This document shows positions 47,894 to 57,934 of a DNA stretch of 64,000 bases, in pieces (position 1 is the first letter of the stretch; the number at the start of each line of letters is the position of its first letter). The notes below the pieces were generated by a model that did not search any database, had not been told where the DNA came from, and saw nothing but the letters and a program-made list of their open reading frames with translations. The DNA comes from a virus. The DNA lies in the IMG/VR virus record IMGVR_UViG_3300031541_000012, positions 25,494-89,493 of that record. One strand, 5' to 3'. The position numbers were made by a program, and so were the translations under genes.

Positions 47894-48952
47894 ATGAAGA
47901 AGGTAATTATTTTTCCATTAGAGCCACTGGACGCACGTTACACCAAACAGTGGTACACAGAAGTTCCCAATCAACTAGACACTTATATTGGGGCCACCCC
48001 TAGGGTGGCTCCACACGCTATGAGCATTGTTGGTGAACAAAAAGAGCAATCAACAACTGCGGGTGCGTTCCTTAACTTTGCTGATACAAACTACTGGAAA
48101 AGCACACAGCTAGCAAACTTTGTAGATAGCCTGCATATGGAATTGATCCCTGATGATGCGATCCTGTTCTTCACAGACTTCTGGAACCCAGCTATTATAC
48201 AGGTTGCGTATATGCGAGACCTGTTAGGCAAGCAATGGGAGATCCACAGCATTGCTCATGCGGGCGCGTACGACCCAAGCGATATCCTAGGATACAAAAT
48301 GGATCCAGACTGGGCTTATAACTTTGAGCGCAGCCTATATTATGCACATACAAAACTTTATTTTGCAACTCACTTCCACTGTGAAATGTTTTTGCGTAAC
48401 TTGGATATTGAAGATCAGGATCGCGCTGTTGTGGCAGGGCAGCCATACGAATACTTGCTAGACAAGATGGCTGAGTTTGACCAATCAGACAAGACCAACA
48501 CCGTGATGTGGCCACATCGTTACAACGACGATAAACAGCCAGAGATTGCTGAAGATCTTTCAAACAATTTTGATGTGTTTATTACACAAAAACATCAGTT
48601 GAGTAAAGATGAATATTATGCTAAACTAGCAAAGAGCAAGATAGTTTTCAGTTGCAGCCTGCATGAAAACTTGGGTATGAGCATGATTGAGGGCACACTT
48701 GTTGGCGCCTTGCCTATTGCTCCTGATCGCGCTGCTTATAGTGAGATTTACCTGCCTGAGTTCCTATACCCAAGCAAGTGGACTGAGAGCGTGGAAAACT
48801 ATCATCTCTATAAGGACGAGCTGGTAGCGTTTATCAACAGTCGTATTCAGCAGTACGACAAATATGCTGAGTTGCTGCCAGAACAGCGTCAAAGATTGCT
48901 GGATTATATTACACCACAACACATGTTCAAACACATGCTAGGAGAAAACTAA
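47894..48952 (+). CDS. GT-B glycosyltransferase (GT4-like)
   Basis: HRYNDDK, ENLGMSMIEG (Ex7E), PIAPDRAAYSEI. Confidence 0.8.
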   Translation: MKKVIIFPLEPLDARYTKQWYTEVPNQLDTYIGATPRVAPHAMSIVGEQKEQSTTAGAFLNFADTNYWKSTQLANFVDSLHMELIPDDAILFFTDFWNPAIIQVAYMRDLLGKQWEIHSIAHAGAYDPSDILGYKMDPDWAYNFERSLYYAHTKLYFATHFHCEMFLRNLDIEDQDRAVVAGQPYEYLLDKMAEFDQSDKTNTVMWPHRYNDDKQPEIAEDLSNNFDVFITQKHQLSKDEYYAKLAKSKIVFSCSLHENLGMSMIEGTLVGALPIAPDRAAYSEIYLPEFLYPSKWTESVENYHLYKDELVAFINSRIQQYDKYAELLPEQRQRLLDYITPQHMFKHMLGEN

Positions 48953-49524
48953 TGGATTATGCTGACGTTATCAAAAGCTATATTCGCAAGACACAACAAA
49001 CAATCGGCTTCCTAAATGGTGAAGGTGAGACAATCGAAGAGATTAGCGATATCTGCTACTCATCCCTTGCCAATGGAAACAAGCTTATCTTTTGCGGTAA
49101 TGGCGGCAGTGCAGCAGACAGCCAGCACCTTGCAGCAGAGTTTATGGGCCGGTTCCTAATGGACCGTGACCCAGTACCTGCTCTAGCACTCACAACTGAC
49201 ACCAGCGCACTCACTGCAATTGGCAATGACTATGGTTATGATCAAGTATTTGCCCGCCAGCTACGCGGCATTGGCAGCAAGGGCGATGTATTGGTAGGTA
49301 TCAGCACCAGTGGCAATAGCGGAAACGTAGTGAACGCAATTCATGCAGCGAAAGCTATGGGTATCACAACTGTTGGCTTTACCGGCTCTAGCGGTGGCGC
49401 AATGGGATCGCTTTGCAACGTTACTCTACGCGTACCAAGTGACGAGACAAATCATATTCAAGAATGTCACATCACAACAGGACACCTAATCTGTAAAATC
49501 GTTGAAGAGAGAATGTTTGGATGA
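48952..49524 (+). CDS. gmhA: sedoheptulose-7-phosphate isomerase
   Basis: CGNGGSAADSQH, IGNDYGY, GISTSGNS, IQECH. Confidence 0.96.
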   Translation: MDYADVIKSYIRKTQQTIGFLNGEGETIEEISDICYSSLANGNKLIFCGNGGSAADSQHLAAEFMGRFLMDRDPVPALALTTDTSALTAIGNDYGYDQVFARQLRGIGSKGDVLVGISTSGNSGNVVNAIHAAKAMGITTVGFTGSSGGAMGSLCNVTLRVPSDETNHIQECHITTGHLICKIVEERMFG

Positions 49525-50687
49525 TTAAACAAGCCGTAATACTTTGCGGGGGCAAAGGTACACGACTGGGAGACCTCACTGAATATGTACCCAAGCCAAT
49601 GTTGAATGTTGGTGACTGTCCGTTCTTTGAGCATCTCATGCAAGAAGTATCACGTTACGGCTTTGAAGAGATTGTCCTGCTCACTGGACATCTAGGCGAA
49701 GCATTTCGTCCTTGGCATGGCGGCACATTCAACAATGTGCGTCTAAAGGTTGTTCAAGAGCCTGAGCCACTTGGAACCTGGGGTGGTGTTGCACATGCAC
49801 AAGAACATCTAGACGACTACTTTGTTCTAACGAACGGAGACAGTTGGCTAGATATTCCCATGACTCACCTGCGCAAACTCAAGCCCAAAGGCATACACAT
49901 GGTCGGACGTTATGTTAAAGACGCTGATCGCTACGAAACACTTAACATCAACAAAACACATGTCAAGCAGATTTGGCCACGCGGCACACAGGAATCTGGA
50001 TTTATCAACAGTGGCATCTATGTTGTTAACAAGGACATTATCCAAACGTTTGGGCAGGGCAACATTAGCATGGAAGAAATGGTGCTGCCTACACTTGCTG
50101 ACACCAGTTCCCTTACTGTTGAGACCGTACAAAGCAACACCTTCTTTATTGACATTGGTGTGCCAGAAGACTATGAACGCGCACAGACAGAGCTCATTGA
50201 GCAGCGCACACGCCCCGCACTATTTGTCGACAGGGACAACTGCTTGACATATGACCGTGAAGGATACACACATCATCCAGACGACATGGAATTCAAGCCT
50301 GGCGCTATTGATCTCATACGCAAAGCAAACCGCCTTGGTTGGTATGTCTTTGTAGTAACAAACCAGGGTGGTGTAACAAAAGGCAAGTATGAAGAGCACT
50401 ATATACTTGAATTTCATAGGAAAATGCAGTATACTTTAGCTGAGACTGACAACCATCTTGATGCTCTTGACTACGAGATCGAGTTGGACAGTTTCCGTCG
50501 CAAGCCTAATCCTGGTATGTTGCTTGAGCTGATGTCTGACTGGCCAGTTAATCGTGAAATGAGCTTTATGATTGGCGACAAGGAAAACGACAAACTGGCA
50601 GGAATAGCAGCAGGTATCGCGGGCTATCGTATCGACGATCAGGGCGACCTATTTGAGCAATTTGGAGAATACATTGTTTGTGAGTAA
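49521..50687 (+). CDS. fusion: heptose-1-P guanylyltransferase (HddC-like) + heptose-1,7-bisphosphate phosphatase (GmhB)
   Basis: GGKGTRL..PKPM..FIDIGVPEDY; FVDRD, VVTNQ, RKPNPGML, MIGDK..D. Confidence 0.9.
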   Translation: MIKQAVILCGGKGTRLGDLTEYVPKPMLNVGDCPFFEHLMQEVSRYGFEEIVLLTGHLGEAFRPWHGGTFNNVRLKVVQEPEPLGTWGGVAHAQEHLDDYFVLTNGDSWLDIPMTHLRKLKPKGIHMVGRYVKDADRYETLNINKTHVKQIWPRGTQESGFINSGIYVVNKDIIQTFGQGNISMEEMVLPTLADTSSLTVETVQSNTFFIDIGVPEDYERAQTELIEQRTRPALFVDRDNCLTYDREGYTHHPDDMEFKPGAIDLIRKANRLGWYVFVVTNQGGVTKGKYEEHYILEFHRKMQYTLAETDNHLDALDYEIELDSFRRKPNPGMLLELMSDWPVNREMSFMIGDKENDKLAGIAAGIAGYRIDDQGDLFEQFGEYIVCE

Positions 50688-51681
50688 GACACCGTTGCGT
50701 GTTAGCTTCTTTGGAGGCGGTACTGATTACCCAGAGTATTTTGCTGATAATCCCAGTGCAGTTATGGGCGGCACAATCAACAAATATATCTATACAACAG
50801 GACTTCCGCTTGCACCCTTTGCAGAGCAGAAGTTTCGCATCAGCTACAAGGTAGTTGAAGACTGCAACACAGTGGATGATATCAGTCATCCAGTTATACG
50901 TGAAGTTCTCCGTGAAATGGATTACGACACACCAACAGGCCTTTACACAGTAAGTGACATTCCTGGAAGCACTGGGCTAGGCAGCTCTAGTGCATTTACT
51001 GTTGGCTTCTACAATCTAGTAAATGCAATGCAGGGGAACCCCAACATTGGTGATGTAGAACTGGCCAATCGTGCTATACACTTGGAACGTGAAATACTAG
51101 GTGAAAACGTTGGCGTGCAAGACCAAGTTCATGCAGCCGTTGGCGGACTTGCACATTATGAATTTGGTGTGACAGAGTGGGGCTATAAAATTGACCGCAC
51201 TCCAATTTGGATGTCACCAGACCGTTGGCGTCACCTAAACCAAAGCATGGTTTTGGTATATACTAAGATTCAACGTCACGCAAGCAAGATAGTTTCTGCT
51301 CAAATCAAGCAAACTGTCAAAGGTGACAATGGTGTTTATCTAAATACAATGTATGAGATGGCAACTGAGGGCAAGGATATCCTAGAGGACAGCGGCGATC
51401 ACACTCGTGCTTTCCGTGCACTAGGTGACTTGCTTAACCAAGGTTGGTTACTCAAACAAAAACTTGGCAAAGGCGTAACGAACGCTGATGTCAATGATAT
51501 ATACAATACAGGTATTGACATGGGCGCCTGGGGTGGCAAACTCCTTGGTGCTGGGGGCGGTGGCTTCGTCATGTTTCTTCTCGACCCTGAGTTAATCCCT
51601 GCGTTCCAGAAAGAATTCGGAACGAATAATGTCATCCCCGTCAGTTTTGTTGAGTCACGCTCAACAACGAGAGCGGTATAA
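50653..51681 (+). CDS. hddA: D-glycero-D-manno-heptose-7-phosphate kinase (GHMP family)
   Basis: TPLRVSFFGGGTD, GLGSSS, GVQDQ, GKLLGAGGGG. Confidence 0.9.
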   Translation: MSNLENTLFVSKTPLRVSFFGGGTDYPEYFADNPSAVMGGTINKYIYTTGLPLAPFAEQKFRISYKVVEDCNTVDDISHPVIREVLREMDYDTPTGLYTVSDIPGSTGLGSSSAFTVGFYNLVNAMQGNPNIGDVELANRAIHLEREILGENVGVQDQVHAAVGGLAHYEFGVTEWGYKIDRTPIWMSPDRWRHLNQSMVLVYTKIQRHASKIVSAQIKQTVKGDNGVYLNTMYEMATEGKDILEDSGDHTRAFRALGDLLNQGWLLKQKLGKGVTNADVNDIYNTGIDMGAWGGKLLGAGGGGFVMFLLDPELIPAFQKEFGTNNVIPVSFVESRSTTRAV

Positions 51682-51695
51682 GGTAAAGGACTAAC

Positions 51696-52382
51696 ATGAG
51701 TAAATCACAAGAAATTCGACAGCGTCTAGAAGATGCTGGACTACGTTACTGGGCTGGTGATAACATCAGTGAAGTAATGCGCGATGGCGACAAAGAGGCG
51801 CTAATTGATGAAGCAACACTTGCCTTTGAGAAAGTTTTGGATACCCTGTTGATTGACAGATTCAATGATCCAAACAGCATGGGCACACCACGCCGCCTCG
51901 CTAAAATGTACTACAACGAAATCATGAGCGGGCGCTACGATGCAGGGCCAGAGCCAACAGCATTTCCAAATGACGGCGAAGACGCCTACACTGGTATGCT
52001 AGTGGTACGCAGCGAACTCAAGAGCATGTGCTCACACCATCACCAGCCAGTTAGCGGCATTGCATATATTGGCGTCATCCCTAACGGCAAAGTAATTGGC
52101 TTGAGCAAGTATACACGCATCGCGCAATGGTGTGCACGTCGCGGCACACTACAGGAAGAGCTTGCAAACGACATTGCACGTGAGATTGCCAAAGCAACAA
52201 ATGCTAAACACCTGGGCGTATATATCCAGGCTACACACGGCTGTTGCGAGAACCGTGGCATCATGGCACACTCCAGTCTTACACAGACCACAGTGCTACG
52301 CGGACAGTTTGACACTGACCCAGGCACAAAGAAGGAGTTCTTCGACAACATCAAACTACAACAAGAGTTTGCACCAAGGTAA
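51696..52382 (+). CDS. folE: GTP cyclohydrolase I
   Basis: TPRRLAKM, SMCSHH, IGLSK, LQE, HGCCENRG. Confidence 0.96.
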   Translation: MSKSQEIRQRLEDAGLRYWAGDNISEVMRDGDKEALIDEATLAFEKVLDTLLIDRFNDPNSMGTPRRLAKMYYNEIMSGRYDAGPEPTAFPNDGEDAYTGMLVVRSELKSMCSHHHQPVSGIAYIGVIPNGKVIGLSKYTRIAQWCARRGTLQEELANDIAREIAKATNAKHLGVYIQATHGCCENRGIMAHSSLTQTTVLRGQFDTDPGTKKEFFDNIKLQQEFAPR

Positions 52383-52384
52383 AA

Positions 52385-52810
52385 ATGAAAGAGTCAGACA
52401 CAGATTACATCGTGTTTCATGACGTCGGAAGCGCCGCGACCATGAGTGGTGGTTCTTCTTTTACATTGCCACCAAGCAATAATAGTATATCAATCAACAT
52501 TCCCGATCCACAGATGGCCCGGGGTGATGTTCAGATCCAAGCAAATGATATGTTCATCAATCGCAGCGAGGGAGTAGACGCTCGTCTCAACCGTATTGAA
52601 GCTGTCTTGGGTATCACACAACGTAACCCAAATCTTGAAGACAAATATCCTGATCTGCGCGAAGCAGGCGAGGAAATGGATCAAGCCATTTCAGAAATTC
52701 AAGCAACTTTAGCTAAAACGATAAGTAGTATTAGTGAAGCCTACAATGATTTTGCAGGCGAATGTGAAGTTATGGAAAAGCTCAAGTCTAAATATGGCGA
52801 AACTGACTGA
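52385..52810 (+). CDS. hypothetical protein
   Basis: Packed ORF. Confidence 0.6.
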   Translation: MKESDTDYIVFHDVGSAATMSGGSSFTLPPSNNSISINIPDPQMARGDVQIQANDMFINRSEGVDARLNRIEAVLGITQRNPNLEDKYPDLREAGEEMDQAISEIQATLAKTISSISEAYNDFAGECEVMEKLKSKYGETD

Positions 52811-53000
52811 AGAAGAAGTTTACAACAAGATCCAAGAACTCAATGAACAAATGGACCATTTAGCCCACATACTCAGTATGATGGTAGACAAGATGGACCG
52901 CATTGAGGAAGCCACAGTCCGTATGAAAGATGAAATCGAACAAGACTTGGATGATATAATGGACGAATTAGACATTGACCACGAAAACAGGAAATCTTAA
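52794..53000 (+). CDS. hypothetical coiled-coil protein
   Basis: Packed ORF. Confidence 0.55.
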   Translation: MAKLTEEEVYNKIQELNEQMDHLAHILSMMVDKMDRIEEATVRMKDEIEQDLDDIMDELDIDHENRKS

Positions 53001-53535
53001 AACCATAGCAGGCCCAATGTATGCGGGCAAAACATCAGCAATACTTCAAGAAATACTTTGGATCAACCACTGCAACAATAAAGTACTGGTGCTCAAACCA
53101 AACATCGACAATCGCTATAGCGATGACCATATTTCAACACATGACCAACTGAAATTCCCGTGCTTCTCCATGCGCGACTGGGATCATGTTCTTGACAATT
53201 ACAACCTCATGCCATATAATTTCCATACAGTGTTCCTGGACGAAGTGCAGTTCATGGAGACTGAAAGGACACTGGAACAAGTTAACACCATGATTAACAA
53301 TGGTGTCAATGTTATAGCGGCAGGCCTCAACCAAGATAGTCGTGGTATGCCGTTCGAGACCACTGCGATGCTTCTTGCTATCAGCGATGAAGTCAAATTG
53401 ATACAGGCTATATGCACAGTATGTGGTAAGCCTGCGACAAAGACACAACGTCTAGAAGCTAGCGGTGATAGAGTAAATGTAGGCAGCACTGGCGTTTATG
53501 AGCCGCGCTGTCTGGAACACTGGACCGCGCAGTAA
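52975..53535 (+). CDS. tdk: thymidine kinase
   Basis: GPMYAGKT, LDEVQF, CTVCG, YEPRC. Confidence 0.94.
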   Translation: MTTKTGNLKTIAGPMYAGKTSAILQEILWINHCNNKVLVLKPNIDNRYSDDHISTHDQLKFPCFSMRDWDHVLDNYNLMPYNFHTVFLDEVQFMETERTLEQVNTMINNGVNVIAAGLNQDSRGMPFETTAMLLAISDEVKLIQAICTVCGKPATKTQRLEASGDRVNVGSTGVYEPRCLEHWTAQ

Positions 53536-53654
53536 TGCAAGTCATGCTACCAGGTGGTCCCGATAGGAACAGCCTGGCTGACCCAATGGCAAAACGACCA
53601 GCACCAATTGTCGGCATTTCAAGTCGTGCCAAAGCAAAAACGAGGAATCTCCAT

Positions 53655-54008
53655 ATGGAAGAACAAAACGAACCATTCTTTAACCGTCAATTTTGGCGTA
53701 TGACACTGATTGCTGCATTTAGTCAGATCATTGTGCTCTGAATCGCACTCATGGCAAGCGCAGTGATTGGCAGCAAAATTGATAGTCTCACAAACCTATT
53801 TGCAACAATGAACGGCACACTCGAGCGTCTCGAGTCAACCATTAACACAGTTGCAGGTCTTGACACGGCAGAGTTAGCAGAACAAGCCGCAGGCGTTGCT
53901 GAAAGTGCAAACATTGTTGGCGAAGGCGATGGCGGCGCTGAAGATGTTAACCGTGTAGGCGAGGCATTTAATAACTGGCGGGAAGGGCGCGAGACAGGAA
54001 ATGAATAA
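53655..54008 (+). pseudogene. membrane-anchored coiled-coil protein interrupted by in-frame TGA
   Basis: ..FSQIIVL*IALMASAVIG.. same frame, stop at 53739 within a TM helix. Confidence 0.45.
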
Positions 54009-54558
54009 TAACACAGAAGATCAAAATGACATGAGTGCCTTCCAGCTCATTTACTATCCTCACGAAGCGTTGGATACTCAGGTAGCCGCGTTTCCTGATG
54101 GTGATCCAGAGTATCGAAGGGCTGTTAGTCAACATATGCGTGACCTCTGTGAACAGCATAAAGGGCTTGGGTTAGCTGCTAATCAGATCAACCTCAACGC
54201 CGCTGCATTTGTTACACACGTTCAAAGTGAAATGGTCACTTGTTTCAATCCACAAATTCACGAAGTCAGCGATGACAAAGTGCTGATGAGTGAAGGCTGT
54301 TTGAGTGAGCCAGGCTTGTATCTTAAAGTTAAACGCCCTGACATGATCCGCGCAAGCTGGGAAGATGAAAGCGGTGATCGTCAGCAGGCAACACTGTTCG
54401 GCATGGACTGTCGTGTATTCTTGCATGAGTTTGATCACCTCCAGGGTGTTATGTTCATGGACAGGGTCGGCAAAACAAAATTGAACATGGCCCGCAAGAA
54501 GCAAAAGGATTATATGGAACGCGCAATGCAGCGTATCATGACTCACATGGAAGGTTGA
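54001..54558 (+). CDS. def: peptide deformylase
   Basis: GLGLAANQ, EGCLS, HEFDHLQG. Confidence 0.95.
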   Translation: MNNNTEDQNDMSAFQLIYYPHEALDTQVAAFPDGDPEYRRAVSQHMRDLCEQHKGLGLAANQINLNAAAFVTHVQSEMVTCFNPQIHEVSDDKVLMSEGCLSEPGLYLKVKRPDMIRASWEDESGDRQQATLFGMDCRVFLHEFDHLQGVMFMDRVGKTKLNMARKKQKDYMERAMQRIMTHMEG

Positions 54559-54581
54559 AAGACCAATAAGGATATGCTATA

Positions 54582-54860
54582 ATGTCAGATGCTTACGAAG
54601 CAACAGCCATTGTCTACCGGTCCAAACAGCCCAACACAATCATAGTTGCGCCTGAGGACCTAGAAGAGGCACTAGCACATGATGCTGATTATGGTGAGGT
54701 TCACGAGGCAACGTGTCGATACCTTGTAGACAAGTTGGGGTTCAGTTTGGATAGTATGGAGGTTACTGCCAACAAGGAACAAAGAACTGTTCTACAAACC
54801 CAAGTTGAATTTATCGACGACGGGATCGTCATGGCAAAGTTACAAGGATTAATTGATTAA
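54582..54860 (+). CDS. small protein, KL-motif family
   Basis: Ends EFIDDGIVMAKLQGLID. Confidence 0.55.
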   Translation: MSDAYEATAIVYRSKQPNTIIVAPEDLEEALAHDADYGEVHEATCRYLVDKLGFSLDSMEVTANKEQRTVLQTQVEFIDDGIVMAKLQGLID

Positions 54861-55744
54861 TGGTTAACGAAATCCGTTACACAGAGATATTTTACTCACT
54901 ACAAGGTGAGGGTAAGTTTGTAGGTGTACCAAGCATCTTCTTCCGCACCTTTGGGTGTAATTTCCGTTGCAAGAAGTTTGGACTGCCACGTGATGCAGAG
55001 GTTGGACGTTATAATCCAGAAGTGGAAAAGCTTATCGAAGCTGGTGTACATCAAACTACTAAAAACTTTGAAGACCTGCCCTTGGTGCACACTGGTTGCG
55101 ACACATATGCAAGTATCTATCCAGAGTTTAAGCATCTAAATGCCACTACGCCTATCGACGATCTACCTGAAAAGCTGTTGGAGGAAGTGCCAAATGGTAC
55201 ATGGACACAGCCAAACGGACAAGATGTACATCTAATCTTTACAGGCGGTGAGCCACTACTAGCTTGGCAGACACTATATCCTGAGTTACTTGAGCAGCCA
55301 CGTATGCGTGGACTGCAAAACATCACGTTTGAGACCAATACGACACAGATGCTCAAGGATCCACTTTACAACTATTTCTGGTCATCCAAAGGTGCCAAGC
55401 CACATGTTACATTTAGCTGCTCACCCAAACTAAGCGTTAGCGGCGAGACCTGGGAGAACGCAATCAAGCCTGACGTTGCGCGTCAATATCTGAGCATACC
55501 AAACTCAAACTTGTATCTCAAGTTTGTAGTTGCTGACAGACAGGATGTTGAAGAAGTGCAGCAAGCGGTTGCAGAATATCGCGCTGCTGATGTGCATTGC
55601 CCTGTCTATTTGATGCCACTGGGCGGGCGCAGTGAAGAATACAAGCTTAGTGTGCAAGACGTCGCTAATCTAGCAATGGAACAGGGGTGGCGCTTTACTC
55701 CACGACTACATATCGATCTATTTGGAAATGCCTGGGGAACGTAA
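54860..55744 (+). CDS. queE: 7-carboxy-7-deazaguanine synthase (radical SAM)
   Basis: EIFYSLQGEG, RTFGCNFRC..(insert)..CDT, TGGEP, ETN, SPKL, RLH. Confidence 0.93.
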   Translation: MVNEIRYTEIFYSLQGEGKFVGVPSIFFRTFGCNFRCKKFGLPRDAEVGRYNPEVEKLIEAGVHQTTKNFEDLPLVHTGCDTYASIYPEFKHLNATTPIDDLPEKLLEEVPNGTWTQPNGQDVHLIFTGGEPLLAWQTLYPELLEQPRMRGLQNITFETNTTQMLKDPLYNYFWSSKGAKPHVTFSCSPKLSVSGETWENAIKPDVARQYLSIPNSNLYLKFVVADRQDVEEVQQAVAEYRAADVHCPVYLMPLGGRSEEYKLSVQDVANLAMEQGWRFTPRLHIDLFGNAWGT

Positions 55745-55860
55745 AATAATATACACTGCACTACGTGAAGAGACTTACAAGTAGTCACTGGTGCGATTCT
55801 TTCGAGAAAAGACTCTTGAAAATTATAAAGAGCAGCGAATAGAATACTGAGAGAATAGAA

Positions 55861-56010
55861 ATGCGAATCGAAAACCACCAGCAACATGAGGATGCACTCA
55901 AGCTGCTTGAGAAGCTGATCTGGCAAGACAAGCCCAGTGATCATAATCGCGTTGAAACTCTTGCTCGTGAAATTGAACGGTATGAAGAAATACACTGGCC
56001 CGTCAAATGA
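55861..56010 (+). CDS. stand-alone HigA antitoxin N-terminal-like peptide (49 aa, not in ORF track)
   Basis: MRIENHQQHEDALKLLEKLI..RVETLAREIERYEEIHWPV. Confidence 0.55.
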   Translation: MRIENHQQHEDALKLLEKLIWQDKPSDHNRVETLAREIERYEEIHWPVK

Positions 56011-56195
56011 TACGCTGGACCAGTCTACGTCGTGAAAAGATAAATGAGACACTCAAGCGTCTATTAATAGAGGAGTCGCTCAAGAATCTCCAAAATAAAA
56101 TGGATAGAGATTTAGATTTATCTGACGTAAGAGAAATAGTAGCAGATGGTGTTGAAATATACAGAGCTAAGAATATACCGAACGACAGCACATAA
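56007..56195 (+). CDS. hypothetical protein
   Basis: ATGA overlap. Confidence 0.5.
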   Translation: MIRWTSLRREKINETLKRLLIEESLKNLQNKMDRDLDLSDVREIVADGVEIYRAKNIPNDST

Positions 56196-56233
56196 TGTCG
56201 ACGAAATGTTTGAATTTATTCAATTGTTAGGAA

Positions 56234-56560
56234 ATGAATATGTCAAAAAACACGGCCTCCCAACCAAGCTTGTTCAACCAAGATAATCATCCACCAATAA
56301 GTGATATGGCTGACGTAGTTGAACGTTGGTTGGATGAATCAAGCGAAGCTGAAAGGCTTGCATTTGTAAATGCGGTTGATAAAGACAAACTATTAGTATA
56401 CCATAACACCCTGGGCCGAGAGATACGAAATCATTTTAGCTTATGGAGTTATGAATGGGTTCCAGAAATGCGCAACGGCATTGACTGGAGCAAAAAACAC
56501 CCAGACCAAATATCACAGGCTGTGATAGAGGAAGTTTGGGACAGGAGACAAAATGACTAG
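56234..56560 (+). CDS. hypothetical protein
   Basis: YHNTLGREIRN..HPDQIS motif. Confidence 0.6.
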   Translation: MNMSKNTASQPSLFNQDNHPPISDMADVVERWLDESSEAERLAFVNAVDKDKLLVYHNTLGREIRNHFSLWSYEWVPEMRNGIDWSKKHPDQISQAVIEEVWDRRQND

Positions 56561-57647
56561 AACATACACATTTACATCGGAGAGCGTGAGCCGTGGCCAT
56601 CCAGACAAAGTTGCCGACCAAATTTCTGATTCACTACTCGATGAAGCCCTTAAACGTGGGGATGAAACGACGCGATGCGCAATCGAAACACTTGTTACGA
56701 CAAACATGGTCACTATTGCGGGCGAAGTTAAAAACTTCAATCTTACCAAGAAGGAAGCAGAAGACATCGTACGCGACACCGTACGATCTATCGGTTACCC
56801 GGATGGGGGCGGATTTGATTGGGCTACACTCAATGTATACAACGAAATACACGCGCAAAGTGGTGACATTGGACTCGGTACTGATGATTTCGGAGCCGGA
56901 GACCAGGGAATCATGTTTGGTTACGCAAGCAATGAAAACCCTGACTTTATGCCCACACCAATCCACCTTGCCCACAGATTCCTCGAAACTCTGGATGGAT
57001 ATCGAAACGCCGGATACGATTACCTACTTCCAGACGCAAAATCGCAAATTTCGGTCGAGTATGAAAACGACGCTCCCCGGAGGATCAGCTCTATCGTTTG
57101 CAGCCACCAACACACAGCCGGGTTCGTCCACAGTGTGCATCAAGCCGTCCGCAGCGCCGCTGACGAAGCTTTTGGAGATCTAATCGATAAGGATACACAA
57201 TGGCACATCAACCCGACAGGAAACTTCGTAATAGGCGGACCGGATGGCGACGCAGGAGTGACGGGCAGAAAGATCATTGTAGACACATACGGAGGATGGG
57301 CGCCACACGGCGGCGGCGCGTTCAGCGGCAAAGACCCAACCAAAGTTGACCGCAGTGCAGCATATGCAGCACGTTGGCTCGCAAAGAATGTTGTTGCGTC
57401 AGATATGGCAGATTGGTGCCAGATTCAACTGTCTTATGCTATTGGTGTTAAAGAACCGGTAAGTATATACGTAGACAGCAACGGACACAACCGTACAATT
57501 GAAAACTTTATTCGCGGTAACGTAGACCTAACACCAAAAGGTATAATTGATCGCTTTGGATTGTTCAAATTCTCTGAGTACAGTGATAATTGTGTTTACG
57601 GTCACTTCGGCGACAAAAACGTTCCTTGGGAAAAGGTAGGCTGGTAA
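56553..57647 (+). CDS. metK: S-adenosylmethionine synthetase
   Basis: FTSESVSRGHPDK, GAGDQG, GRKIIVDTYGG, GGGAFSGKDPTKVDRS. Confidence 0.97.
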   Translation: MTRTYTFTSESVSRGHPDKVADQISDSLLDEALKRGDETTRCAIETLVTTNMVTIAGEVKNFNLTKKEAEDIVRDTVRSIGYPDGGGFDWATLNVYNEIHAQSGDIGLGTDDFGAGDQGIMFGYASNENPDFMPTPIHLAHRFLETLDGYRNAGYDYLLPDAKSQISVEYENDAPRRISSIVCSHQHTAGFVHSVHQAVRSAADEAFGDLIDKDTQWHINPTGNFVIGGPDGDAGVTGRKIIVDTYGGWAPHGGGAFSGKDPTKVDRSAAYAARWLAKNVVASDMADWCQIQLSYAIGVKEPVSIYVDSNGHNRTIENFIRGNVDLTPKGIIDRFGLFKFSEYSDNCVYGHFGDKNVPWEKVGW

Positions 57648-57928
57648 TGTTTAAGTGGTGGGAAAAATGGCAGGCAAATCGTATTCAAGACGAAGACCTA
57701 CGTGAGAAAACTTTAGCTAACATTGATGGAGAACCATGGGTAAAGGTAGTAGATGTTCAGTTCGCTGATCCTCGAAACCCAAGCACCGGGTTCTTTGAGC
57801 TTGATTGGAACCAGGCGTTTGTTACGCAGTTGACTGAAGCTGGATACAGTGGTCGCACTGACGTGGACGTTGTAGATATGTGGTTTAATGACGTGTGTCG
57901 GGGTGTGGCTGATGTCGACCCGGAGTAA
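57647..57928 (+). CDS. hypothetical protein
   Basis: TAATG coupling; GFFELDWN. Confidence 0.65.
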   Translation: MFKWWEKWQANRIQDEDLREKTLANIDGEPWVKVVDVQFADPRNPSTGFFELDWNQAFVTQLTEAGYSGRTDVDVVDMWFNDVCRGVADVDPE

Positions 57929-57934
57929 CACATC

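Noticed and set aside
48952-51681. ADP-heptose (LPS core) pathway
   Set aside because: The kinase is GHMP-type HddA with an NTP-transferase HddC, not HldE/HldD, so it is the GDP-alpha route
38366-54008. Genome-wide stop-codon reassignment
   Set aside because: TGA and TAG end many conserved genes at expected positions (gp52, clpA, queD, polymerase) and long genes are uninterrupted
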